This document shows, piece by piece, positions 52,012 to 63,202 of a stretch of 64,000 nt of DNA. Every line of letters begins with the position of its first letter. Position 1 is the first letter of the stretch. Position numbers and translations under genes: made by a program. The stretch lies in contig NC_135759.1 in assembly GCF_052425735.1 (NCBI RefSeq), positions 31,310,001-31,374,000 of the forward strand, written 5' to 3'. Under the pieces are notes generated by a model. That model had not been told where the DNA came from and ran no database searches. It saw only the letters and a program-made list of their open reading frames with translations. This DNA is from Oculina patagonica (Eukaryota).

Positions 52012-55000
52012 AATGATGATGAAATGTGGGAATAAAACCTCCGTTCTTATGACTTTTACTCTGATAAAGATCAAAGATACGTCATTTCGCTCCCTAGATG
52101 GCGTAGACAGAATACGAGCCGCAGGCGAGGGCCTTAGAAAAAAGTGAAAAAGAGGTTTTATGCCAATGATGGATTTGATATGGGATAAAGATATGGGAGC
52201 AAGGTTTCGACAACTTCTTTTATTTGCGGGCGCACAAAAAATTGAGATATACTCTGATAAATAATAGCATTTTTTACGAGAGCTGTTAAACGTGGGCCGT
52301 TTATTGGTTGTCAAAGTTATACATTATAGCAATACCTTTTTTAACTGGGCAATTCATTTCCCACGAGTGAAGGAACTGTTTACTTTGTGGTTCAAACATA
52401 AGTCCGGTTGATAATCCTGTGCGATGGCGTGTTCTATCGTTGGCGCAATCATAATAAGCCCTGCAGTCGTCTGGGTCAGCGTGCAAACCAGAAGATTTGC
52501 CAACACAAAAGTCTGAAAGATAAAAGCAGAGAAGATACAAAATAACTGGCATTCACAGCAATGAAAGTGGGATAACACTTGGATTGCTTTAATTTGTTGA
52601 TTAACATGAAGCACTATAGTGGTAAATTTATGTAGCTTAGAGTTACTAACAGTACATTATGTACATTATGTCAATATGTTCGTTTCCCGCGTTGCTGTCT
52701 CTCTGTGAATGCCATGCAGGCCTCGAGAAATAGTCTCTCGTGAAAATTACGAGCCTTGCCTACAATTATCGCGTGTGCGAAGTCTATGCTATGGACAAGC
52801 GCGTTTGCATGCTGTGCAACCTTGGAATTGTTGTCTCCAACACGAACCGCCCTTCTATGTTCTTTTAATCTTGTTTCCAAGGCTTTATCTGTTTGACCAT
52901 AGTACACGAAATTGCAGTCCACACAGCCTTGATATAAACAGATATTATGCTGCTAAGCGACCAAACTTTATTGTTTCAGCACTCGGTCGCTTTTGAGAGC
53001 TCATTCGCGCAAACGAGTGTTTCAACTGTATGCCAGTTTTCAGACAGGGCGAACCTTTCAACATATAAATAAAGTATCATTCAAAGGAAATATCGAGATT
53101 CTAAGGGACGGACCATTATTTTTTTAGAAGGAGGGGATTAATTTTTTTAAGAATTTGCAAACAATTTTTCCGGCTGCAACTTCCTGCAGACAATGTTTTT
53201 TTATGTCTGCAAACAATTTATTTGGATTTTTTTTTTTTTTGCTTTTTGCTTTTTGCTTTTGCAGCAATATTTTTTCAGGTTTTTTGATTCCCCCTCCCCT
53301 CCAAAACAATTATGGGACTAAAGGAGTTTCCAAGGAATCAGTCATTAAAGCCTAGCAATACGGACACTAGAATACAAAACATGTGTACCGGATATATTGT
53401 ATTCTGGGGTACTTGTTCAGTTGTATTGGTGCGTATTGTTTTTCAGTGCTCCATCGCTTTGAATTTTTACTGCACTATTTTACTTCACCTCGGAAACACA
53501 CAAAAGGGACCCACAATTACTGAATTGTATCCAGAGCGGGATACATATGAATTCTACGGCACAAGCATGAAAGAAAAAAGCGCGCGTAAATTTTACCATG
53601 CTCTGGTTTGGTTGGTAGCTATTTTTATACGAGCCTAAAGAGTAGAAAACATCTAGCCAACACAAACAAATAAATATTGTTCTGGAGAAATGACTAGATG
53701 TTTCTACGACATGATACAACGAGAAATGTAAAAGTTCATAAAGTATATAATAAAGTTAGATTTTGTTTTTACTACATAATATGACCAGAAAGTTCTCGTT
53801 TTTGCTTGAAATCGCTTTTAGCGGTTTTGAAATTGTGAAAATATTACAATATTGTAAACTGATTCGATACTGATGACTGGCGAGACACTGAATTATGACA
53901 GTTATTAAAACCCTTATATTTATTCTACGTTTCAATATTCGACCCCGGCAGATTAGAAAAGGTCTGCTCTGCCAGATTATTAAAGATAAATAACAAACGA
54001 ACTGATGGCGGTAAAACAAAGCTTATAGAGGCGACGTAATTATTGTTTACTAAAGTTTCTTATTCGCGAATTTTGTGCAAACAGGATTAAGAAATTCATC
54101 GACGATTTCGTGATCTGCATAAAAGATTTTGTATGCACTCACCTTTGAATTAAGCCTCAAAGAAATGATTTAATTACACCCTGTTCGCGGAAATGAACGT
54201 CTTAGCGATAAATCTAGCTAAATATAATAGACTGACGTGTATCCCCTTCAGCTATTAGCACGTCACAATCAATTTCTCCTACAAGATGGTTTTGTTTTCT
54301 TAGAAAGGGAATAAATTAGAACCTTAATTGCTGTCAGATGGCCTTGCGTAAACATGCCTTAGAGTACTTACAAGTACATTATGTATGGCGGAAACAAATC
54401 GTTCAATTGAAGTTAAAGCTCATGTTATTTTTTTTCAGAATTTCACGCTAAAAATAAAGTTTGCGTATTGCGAAATATTGAACCTGATCAATGTCAGCGG
54501 GGAGCAATACTCTGGGTAAATATTTTCATCAAGAAAAACAAGAAGTTAACTCAGGTGGACAGCTGTATACATGATCTGACACTGCGATGTATATGATATT
54601 CATTTTAAAAGCTAAATGATGAACGCAAACTTTTTAATTTCCTAATTCTTGTTTGACTTTAGTGTTGTTTCCTTTAATTTTAAATTTTTAAGAAATAGGC
54701 TGTATTTTACTGCGAAAGAAAAGAGGAAAAATATAATGTATACGAAACTGAAAATACAGTCTCAACACCAACGAATGTCAAATTTGTAGCCATTAAAAAT
54801 ACAATTCGAAAACGAAAATAAAGATACCTAAAAAATACAAAGTAAAACTGCGGAAAGATAGTGTACGAGTAGCGATCTAACTCGCTTTTCTGGTAAAAAG
54901 AAATGCATTTGAAGTCTAATTTTCTGCCGTTGTTTGATTGATATGCTCTCCTGCCAAAAAGGTTTAATCAAGTGCATGTCATAAACACTATATAGGGGTA

Positions 55001-55757
55001 TTTTAGCTTTGGTTAATAGACTGAAAATAAATGTCAGAATCTCAGTAGTCAATACATGTTTTCCCTGTCACGCCACGAAATGACTGTGAGTAGAATTTCC
55101 GCAGACGGATAACATTATTATTTCTATCAAAAACCGCACGGTATGGACAGTTTCAACTGTTACATACAATAAAGCCCGAACATTGATTAAACCCGTTCTT
55201 GGACCAGTTTAGACACCTTCATCAGTCTAAGTTTGGTTTGTGATGTTTGATGTTTTCCTTGTTTAATAAGATTAGCGTCAAAAGTCTCAAATATGCCAGC
55301 GACGAGCAAATTATGGATTTAATTCTGCTGTGTACAGTTTAAAAAGAACAAATCCAATAGGAATTCTTCACTTCGATTCCCCGTTCTGTGGTAACGCCTT
55401 TATAATCATTCTGATCTTTTCAAAATCCAATATAAGACGACTCTGCCCTCCACAAGTAAATTATTGAATAGCAAAATAACTAAAGCTACGCAAAATAAAC
55501 GTAGCAAACAAAACATCCCGCAGATACATGTCCCGTATAGGTCTACTTACTTTTGTCGTAGTAATCCTTGGTAGCAGAAGAAAACACAAACTGTCGAAAA
55601 AAAGAAAGGCCATAGCCGTCTATTTCTCAAAGCCAACAGTAAAGCAAATATCGAACTTAATTTCTCTAAGCGTGACAACCCTAGAACAGGCTAAGAATTT
55701 CAACAATATTCAAGACCGTACCTCAATAAAAATAATGCAAATAGCAACAACCTTCAT
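36679..55757 (-). CDS. Gene C: adhesion GPCR with CBM14 (chitin-binding type 2) and PA14 domains, GAIN/GPS and 7TM (about 952 aa)
   Basis: 22 phase-consistent exons: 55722-55757, 55551-55590, 52336-52512, 51557-51863, 47192-47364, 46642-46739, 45926-46030, 44401-44575, 43921-44022, 43661-43745, 43245-43365, 42752-42807, 42040-42184, 41352-41455, 40766-40868, 40040-40193, 39769-39835, 39390-39456, 38793-38884, 38326-38494, 37699-37824, 36679-37035. Motifs: signal [78 protein letters not shown]. Confidence 0.92.
37284..37662. mobile_element. Kolobok-like MITE
   Basis: TIR AGGGGCAGTGTCAC/GTGACACTGCCCCT with a TTAA TSD. Confidence 0.85.
37941..38188. mobile_element. Harbinger-like MITE; second copy at 62966-63202
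   Basis: GCCTTCACACGACA terminus and internal TTGCCAAC repeats. Close inverted homolog near 63 kb. Confidence 0.75.
40275..40480 (+). repeat. AAC-rich low-complexity intronic tract
   Basis: Degenerate (AAC)n/(AAG)n. Confidence 0.85.
40950..41280 (-). mobile_element. Decayed tRNA-derived SINE, same family as 28333-28480
   Basis: Shares AACTCAGAAAA...GAGTT.CAGAT...CTAGTCGGA.GC...TGAGCTACT with the 28.3-kb copy. Confidence 0.65.
42040..42807 (-). other. GPS autoproteolysis motif and Stachel of gene C
   Basis: [37 protein letters not shown], the canonical H-L/T cleavage site. Confidence 0.95.
44734..45600. mobile_element. Palindromic MITE (about 865 bp, diverged arms)
   Basis: GGCCCATTTACACGGCA...TGCCGTGTAATTGGGGCT. 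The arms pair up to a central AGCTTTCGACTC/GAGTCGAAAGCT at about 45146-45179. Confidence 0.85.
45630..45860 (+). mobile_element. Decayed tRNA-headed SINE
   Basis: A-box-like TGGTCTAATGG and core CAGTGCCTCTCTCCA.CCAGGTGTATAAAT.GGTACCGG. Confidence 0.6.
47584..50948. mobile_element. 3.4-kb non-autonomous DNA transposon in the PA14 intron of gene C
   Basis: Perfect TIR CACCCCTCTGTAACAGACCTGGTG, TA on both flanks, subterminal CACCAGG repeats, no transposase ORF. Confidence 0.9.
49908..50720 (+). mobile_element. Helentron/HINE-like element with a tRNA-like cassette, nested in the 47584-50948 element
   Basis: Sub-terminal IR CCTCGCGAAGC/GCTTCGCGAGG, (TA)n, CTAGT 3' end. A box TGGCCTAATGG at 50103, B box GGTTCGAATCC at 50158, then poly-T. 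Confidence 0.6.
51128..51330. mobile_element. Short MITE
   Basis: TIR AAGCCTGGTTTTC.CTA.CGACGC at both ends. Confidence 0.8.
51955..52021 (+). repeat. (GAT)n microsatellite, intronic
   Basis: About 22 GAT-type units; the source of the poly-I/M/D pseudo-ORFs. Confidence 0.95.
52336..52512 (-). other. CBM14/peritrophin-A chitin-binding domain exon of gene C
   Basis: [22 protein letters not shown]...GLMFEP...NCP matches the CBM14 pattern C..G..ADP.DC..YY.C....GL.F. Four of six Cys are retained. Confidence 0.85.
52660..53070 (-). mobile_element. Penelope-like GIY-YIG endonuclease fragment
   Basis: [21 protein letters not shown]...NSKVAQHA...HSIDF...RLFLEA. Confidence 0.85.
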
Positions 55758-57084
55758 GGCAGAGCGTTGATATTTTCACTGACAAGTTATGGCCGTTAGC
55801 TTTCCTTCCTTGAGTATACGGTCTTCCAGAACAACCATAGCACAATGCAGCAGAGAGCGTTCAGAAGAGTGCGATTATGACTTGTCTGTCACCATTAAAA
55901 GAGATGTGTACTCAAAGGTCTTAAGGTTAACACTCGTGATTGGTCCGCGTCTCTTTGCTTTTGTTATTCTAATGTATTGCTGCTGTACGTGTCGCGAATA
56001 GTGTTTGCTTTACGCGATGTAAAAAGAAATGGAACTTGAACATCGGAAAACCAAAATGGGTAAACAATAAATTTCCTTGACAAAATTTTAGTTTCTTAAT
56101 AGCAAAAAAACCACAAGAAAAGATTCAAGCTAGTCTTAATCCTGACGTACCGTATTTTAATTTCATTGTAATGCACCTGATCAAATGAAGAAGATGTGTT
56201 CATCAACCAAGAAGACATGAGGTGTTGACCGACAAATTAGGGTAAAGTTAATTAAAGATAAAAATTTTTATTCGTCCATGATGTACATTTTCACCATGAT
56301 GTAACCATAAATTAAAGTTTTTCATTCGAGGAGAAGATGAAGGTGTAAACTACTTTCGCGGGAACTTAATTTCGCGAAAATGGAACAGGCAAATTTCGCG
56401 GGACTTAATTTTTTCGCGATAAGGCCAAGAAATACGTTAAAGCAATTGAAAATACGTCAGAAACGTTAAGAATAAATTTTCGCGGGTCTTAAATTTCGCG
56501 ATATTTTGAAAATCGCGAGAATTGCGAAATTAAGGCCCGCGAAGATAAGTAACAATAAGGTACATTTTGAAGAAATATGGTAATTAAATATGGGTATTAA
56601 TCTAACTGGCGAAGAAAAAAGACTCGATCTAGCCACTGTCCAGTTAAGCCATTTACCAGTTTACCATAGCAGCCAGCTTTTTGGCTCGTTAGCATCACGG
56701 TAAATCAATTATGGCTAGAATAATCAATGAATGTTGTCGAGTGTTTTCTCTCGTTCATTATCAGCTGGTTCTATTGAGACCTGTGAATTTATGCCGAGTG
56801 TGCAGTTCTGATCGACAAATAATGATTTAGTGGCTCCGAGAATGAGTAGTTGGCGATTATCTTGTGCGACAACCAACATTATTATATATTAGAGTTAGTT
56901 TGAAACATGTGATTGGTCGAGAGCATTCAGTAAAAATGCAGTAGCATGTGAATCATGTCGAGTCCAATTTTACGGCTCTCTCGCACCTGCCGTTTTGCCC
57001 TCTCGCGATTCTGTTCCCGCGTTCAAAGTTCGAAGAAAAATACGAAAAAATAGAGGGATGCAAACAGTCTGGTAACTATAAATA

Positions 57085-59272
57085 CAGTCAACTCTCTCTA
57101 AGACGGACACCTTCGGGACCGGCCGCAACTGTCCGTCTTAGAGAGGTGTCCGTCTTGTAGAGAGTCGAGAAAACATGACGCCAGTAATTTTGAGATAATA
57201 AAGCTAAACCTATGCACAATGAATACACGTCTGTTTTGAGTATGTTTACACTTATCGAAAGAAAATATCGAAACAAAACACTTGTCTGTTTCTTGGGACA
57301 TTTTAATGTAGGTAAAAAAGTGTCATGCTTCCAGAGTAATTAAGATTGCTTTCAAATCGAAAAAAAATTATCGAAACAAAAGTATGCATTAGACACTCTG
57401 TTACTGCTAAAATGCCAATATAACTTTGCATATAAATTATGAGGTAAAAACAGTTGAAACGATTTATGCGGTGTCATTTTAAGGTTTTGACACTTTTATA
57501 AAGTTCTTACTCACTCACTCACTCACGCTTTCTTTAACAAAACCTACAAACTGGGACATCAATAATATCAGAAAATTGGCTCTTTTTTTCATTACAATCG
57601 ATAATTCACTGCTTCACGTAAACAGAGAAGCTTCATTGTTTTTGGTTAGGGACCATTCATTTTTTAGAAGGGGGGAGGGCCGGAGGAATCCCTGTGTGTA
57701 TTCAGTTGAAACTTTTTGGCCCTCCCCCTATAGTAGAGTAAAAAAATGAAGGCCCTCCCCTAAAGTGCAATATTAAATTTTGCGACCCCCCCCCCCCACA
57801 CACACACACACACACACATGCACCTCAAAAAAAATCACATCATTCCGCTGTGTTGCACAAGATTATCTTTGATCGCAAAAAAACTCTATGCTACAGTCAA
57901 ACGCACGCCGTGCTATATACACGAATTGAAGCCCTTCTTCATTATGTGGAACCCTACTCTCGCACTCTTTAGCATCAGAAGTGACCTTTAACGGTCAAAA
58001 ATGCGAAAAATAGCCTTATAAACAAACACACTTAGGCACGAATCAAAACTACATTAACACAATTGGTCCATTTACGTGAGCCCATTAAAAACCAGAATTT
58101 TCGATCCTGCAGACAAGTACAAATACGGCAAATCGATTGATTTCAAATCATTCAATGAGACTTTGACATAGGAGCATCTGATGAGGTCCACTGAAGGACC
58201 GAAACTTGAGTCTTGCTTTAGATAAAACATTTGACAGAAGAGATGGTTGCGGCATACTAGAGACTTCAAACGCAGTAATCAAACTGCCATAGAATTTATT
58301 TGGTGGATGCAAGTAACGCAACAAAACAGATCAACAATAATGGAGGTAAAGTTTTATGTCTTTTATAGCTCCCAGAGCGCAAATCACAACTTAAACTAAG
58401 GGGAGCTTAAAAACAACTCAAAGAAACCATTGCTCTCAATGTTTAGAGACTGCAGTAGCCTTCAAAAGACTCGGATCTTTATAGACCCTCGCAACTGTGG
58501 TAACGAAACGTTATCCTACGAACTAACCGCCACTTCAGAATACGAGTTGACAGTTAGAAATCCACTGATCCGATACACAATATAGACTACAACATTCCTT
58601 TAAAGGCTTTTAAGAATCTTTCAACAAACATGAGCCGATAAACCTAACAAAATATGCCACAGAGCTAGCAAACACAATGGCATAAAGATCATCACTGAAA
58701 GCGTTAATCAAATCAAATAGAGAGCGTTAATCAAATCATCCGTTAACAGACTGAAGGCTAACATTTAGCAACCAGCGGGAGTCGTGCTTGGCCTGTCACA
58801 TTTTATATCACTTAATATTTATTGAAAATAAAAGATTTTGATTTGGATTAAAATGCAGTGTTTTTCTACGCGACCCCCCCTTTTCAAAAACGAAAATAAC
58901 GATGACCCTCCCCTTTTGCCACTGTAAAAAATTAGTGACCCCCCCCCCAAGATTCCTCCGGCCCACCCCCCCTTCTAAAAAATGAATGGTCCCTTAGTGA
59001 GCTTGGTATAAGCGTAACCTTAGGGCACTGACTAACTTTGCTTTGCGATATAAAGTTTGGAAGTATTTTCACTAATAAAACATGATAAAAAAAACACTTC
59101 TTAAGTGTCCGTTGATGATTCAAAAGTGTCCGTTGTCCGTCTTAGAGAGGTGTCCGTCTTATAGGGAGTTTGGGCACAGTAAAATGACTGAAAAACGGCA
59201 GGGACCGTACCAGGTGTCCGTCTTATGGAGGTGTCCGTCTTATAGAGGTGTCCGTTAAGAGAGAGTTGACTG
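57085..59272. mobile_element. Tigger-like MITE with a nested insertion
   Basis: TIR CAGTCAACTCTCTCT.A.(G)ACGGACACC, TA TSD, subterminal GGTGTCCGTCTT repeats. Confidence 0.9.
57649..58993. mobile_element. PIF/Harbinger-like non-autonomous element
   Basis: TIR GGGACCATTCATTTTTTAGAAGGGGGG.GGGCCGGAGGAATC with a TTA TSD. Confidence 0.9.
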
Positions 59273-61430
59273 TAAATATAAACACCCGCTTCCGTAACAC
59301 ATATGTCAGATACTCACTTCGAGTAGAATTTTTCCAAACTCGTTCCCAGGGTCTCCGTACTTTCCTTCTATTGCCGTTGTTTGGGTCGTCACGCAACGTG
59401 ATGACTCGTTGCGTAACGCAATAGCGCGTGGTCGTTACGTAACGAAATAGCGCCTGGTCGCAGTATAGTAAGGTGTTGCGTTCCGACGCAAACAACGCTT
59501 ACGAGAAGAAGTTGACTGAGAAAAGGCTGCAGCTGGAGTAAAAGGTAAGTAGGTTAGCTTACATTTTAGCTTGTTTGCAGTTTCCATCTCCATGTACGTC
59601 GGTACGATAAGTAAGAGTTAGTTTCAACTATAACAGCATCAGCCGTCAGCTTGAAATGAATTTGCACTGCTGTCGTTGACGACTCCAGCGGCCGACCAGC
59701 GCGACTAGCTCTAGGTCAACATTTGATTCAAACCTATCGTTGTGAAGTCAACATACAATTGTGTTCGACATAAAACTAAACCATAAAGCATTACCCAAAG
59801 AACAACATCTATTGGAGTAATCTAGCCTGCGAGCATGGTGCCGAGCATGTGGGGTTTATGATCTTGTCAGCCCAAGAGCGGGATATAATTTCAGTCATAT
59901 TTTCTATCTAGATTCTGATCACTGAATACTATAGCCTCTCTATGAGTACCCGCAGATTCTGTTTTCATCGCATTTTTTGGCAAATCATCGATTTTTTAAG
60001 CAGATCTTCGTTTTATGGATTGAAACCGAGTGACAGTGTAGTCCTTGTAATTCCCAGAGGAATAAACATCTCGCTTCAGCAACAAATTGCATAAATAAAA
60101 CATTGAGACTTCCATACGTTGTAAAATGCGTTTTTAAGCACCTTGTTATAATAATTATTAAAATTCATAAAAAAGAAGCAGTTGTTGAAACAATAACAAA
60201 GATAATTAACGATTGTTTGGATTTGTTCCCGACCTTGTTCTGTTTGTTTAGTTTTTGGTTTTATTTATGACATTTATTTTCTTTTCAAGTTTAAATACTT
60301 TAATACGACCCCACAAGCCGAAGCTTAAATCTTCGCTTCAGTCTTAAGATCTTCGTTTTATAGCTTCTGAAATAACCATAGAGGGGCTCACTGTAAACCT
60401 TGCCCAAGCCTGACTAACCAAAGAACGTATGCGTAACTCCAAAGTGCTTGTCACGTAATCTCTCCTCATTACGTGACGAGCACAAAAGAGCGTCTGCATA
60501 GGAGACAGTATTTTTATTTATTTATTTTTTGGGGGCGCTAAACGTTTGATCGTGGAGACGCCATCTTGCATAATTTGCCGATAGGGTCAGGGAAGTAACC
60601 TTTGGAAGTCTTACGAGACATTTATTACTAGTTCTCCGCCGCAGCACTTCATTTAAACTAATAGACCTTTTTGGCTACGTATGTAGATTGCCCAATTCAG
60701 ATCATGTGATACTCTCCAGAGAATTGTTCTTTTGTCCATCTGGAAATTATTCCATTTCCACGTGAATTTGTTTGAAGAGGAAAGAAGTTACTCTCAAGGG
60801 TAACATTACGTGGTCTGAAATGGGACAGCAAACAAACGAAGCTAAAAAGGCCTATTGAATCCTGACGTATATAAATGAAGCACGTTGTAGAGCCAGAATG
60901 GAGTAGCGCGATTGAGCTTGTCGTGCTGCCAGCCGCACTGACACTTTTAGACGAATCGAGTTTCACACAAGCTCACGACGTTTGAAGGTCAGCAAAAATT
61001 ATACACTGTAATTCAATTTTGCAGTAGTATACCATATATAAAATACCATAAAATATACCCTGCGAGCAGAGCTCTTTCTGCTGTCAGTTACTCTGTTTAC
61101 TTTATCACCTGACTTCTTCTCCAGTAAGGGCTCCCAGCCGATGGATGGATGGCTCAAAACTGATATGTCGTACGGGAAACCGTCTTTCGCTTGATAACGA
61201 TGACGTATTAGGATATGGGATTGTGTTGGTCAAACTTTATATTGTGAGCGTAGGCAATAAACAGAGACACATGCCAGCCCACTGGACTATTGTTTCCATC
61301 TAATCCGTTACTTGGCAGCCTTCATAAATGTGGGGCGTTTATCATTAAACAAAGGCGCCTCTAAGGGTTGTTGATCCAGCTTTCATTCTTTTATTTGCTA
61401 TTCAGGTCTGAATCTTGAAACAAGGATAAC

Positions 61431-62773
61431 ATGTCACATGTTAAAGACACTGACGCGTCCCAAGCCAATAACTCGCCTGACTTAATAATAAACTACGAAA
61501 GAAATAATTCTGATGATAACAGCGGTTCATCTTATGACGAGGAAACAAAGCTGGTAGATTCAGCAGAACACGAGCTTATGCCGATGTGGAAGGCAGCTGC
61601 TAACTTTATTTGCGACGTAGAAGGAACAGGTCTTCTGGGTTTACCATATGCAGTTTTAAATGGCGGTGTCGTTTGCCTTGGCAGCGTTGATTATTGTTCC
61701 TGTGATATGCTGCTACACAGGTAACATCATGGTACAATGTTTATATGGAGACAGCCCTACACCCGGTGGACGGAAACCACGTCTGCGATCCAGTATTGAG
61801 GAACTGGGAGAGGCCTGCTGGCCTGGAATTGGAAGAAAGGTTGTTTTGGCACTACAAAACACTGAGCTACTAATGCTTTCAGCTTCGTACCTTGTCCTGT
61901 GTGGCACATTTCTAGATTATGCTTTCCCTGCATTGCCATTTACAAAGATCCTGTGGAGCTGCATTGGTGCGGGTGTGGTACTTCCCACGGTGTTCCTAAA
62001 GAGCCTCTCAAACGTTGCTTGGTTGAGCTTGATTGGCATCGTATCCGTGTTAGTTCCAGTTGGTTCTGTAATGTGGTATGGAATAAGCCACAGTTCTGGT
62101 TGGCAACTCAGTTCAATCCCACTTTGGAAACCGGAAGGAATTCCTGTAGCTTTTGGGATTGTTATATTCAGCAATGCGGCTCACAGCATTCTTCCACGGC
62201 TAGAAGGAGACATGGCGAATAAAGGAAAGTTTAATGTAATGCTGGGCTTTTCATACATATTTATAACATGCCTCAAGCTAGCATTTTCTTTTTGCGGCTT
62301 TTTGTCATTTACTACACATACGAAGGATCTTGTCACTAATAACCTCCCACAAGGTGTGGTCTATTACATTACATGTGTGTTTCTAGGGATAAACGTCCTG
62401 GCATCTTATCCATTTCCCGTTCTTATTGTCGTTAGGTCCATTGAAGATGCTATATCGCCAGATAGTATGCTAGATAGACTGCCAACAGCTGTTTGGTTTG
62501 TCTGTGTGCGAGTGTCTTTGGTGCTTCTCACTTTGGGCGCTGCGGTAGCTTGTTCCACACTTTGCACTGATGCTAGCGTTTGTTGGCAGTTTGACTTCTG
62601 CCACAACGTGCTTTGTATTGCCCTGCTTGTTTCATCTGAAATTAAGACATGCTAAGTTACGTATCTATCAGAAAATTCTAGATTATTGTATCATCGCGTT
62701 TGGATTAGCTGCTGCTGGTTTCGGCATTGTTTTCTCTGGAAAAGCTCTAGTCGCAGTGTATGAAGAAAGATAA
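61431..62773 (+). CDS. Amino-acid transporter (Aa_trans/AAAP family, VGAT/SLC32-like); single coding exon with two apparent +1 frameshifts (about 446 aa when corrected)
   Basis: WKAAANF..EGTGLLGLPYAV..GG, CCYTG...CLY, LPTVFLKSLSNVAWLS, FGIVIFS, VPHF..MLAFVGSLT....FVLPCLFHLKL. Removing one T at about 61673 and one at about 62550 joins three ORFs. Acceptor at about 61405; candidate 5'UTR donor AAAG/GTAAGT at about 59544. Confidence 0.88.
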
Positions 62774-62965
62774 AAAATGCTTTCAGGATGGCAGGAAGAC
62801 TAAACCTGGGTTAGACCTGTTTGAGGTGAAATTAGGTTATATGTCGCACTGTACACTGACGTGGATGCACATTTTGAGACTCAGTATTCTACGGATTTTT
62901 AGTTACTGACTTTAAAACTTGCAAACGAAGTTGAGGGGATGTCAATTAGAATAAACATGTAACTT

Positions 62966-63202
62966 ATGCGGCCTTCACACAACAACCTTAAATTGGCAAA
63001 CTCATGTTGGCAAACTCAAGTTGGTGTGTACTGTGTGAACAGCACAACAACAGTTGGCAAACTGTTGGTGAGAATAGAGACAAGTTCTGTTTTGTCGCCA
63101 ACAGTTGGCCAACTTGTTTGCCGTTGTTGCGTCGTTCACACACACCAACTCGAGTTTGCCAACGCGAGTTGGTCAATAGTTTGTCGTGTGAAGGCCGCTT
63201 TA
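62966..63202. mobile_element. Harbinger-like MITE (copy of 37941-38188)
   Basis: GCGGCCTTCACAC...GTGTGAAGGCCGC termini. Confidence 0.8.

Noticed and set aside
51553-52314. 253-aa ORF with a poly-Ile run
   Set aside because: Only 51557-51863 is an exon (PA14); the rest is intron containing a (GAT)n microsatellite.
55551-55613. Alternative start MAFLFFDSL for gene C
   Set aside because: It ends in phase 0 and cannot join the phase-1 CBM14 exon; the sequence is better read as a polypyrimidine tract and acceptor.
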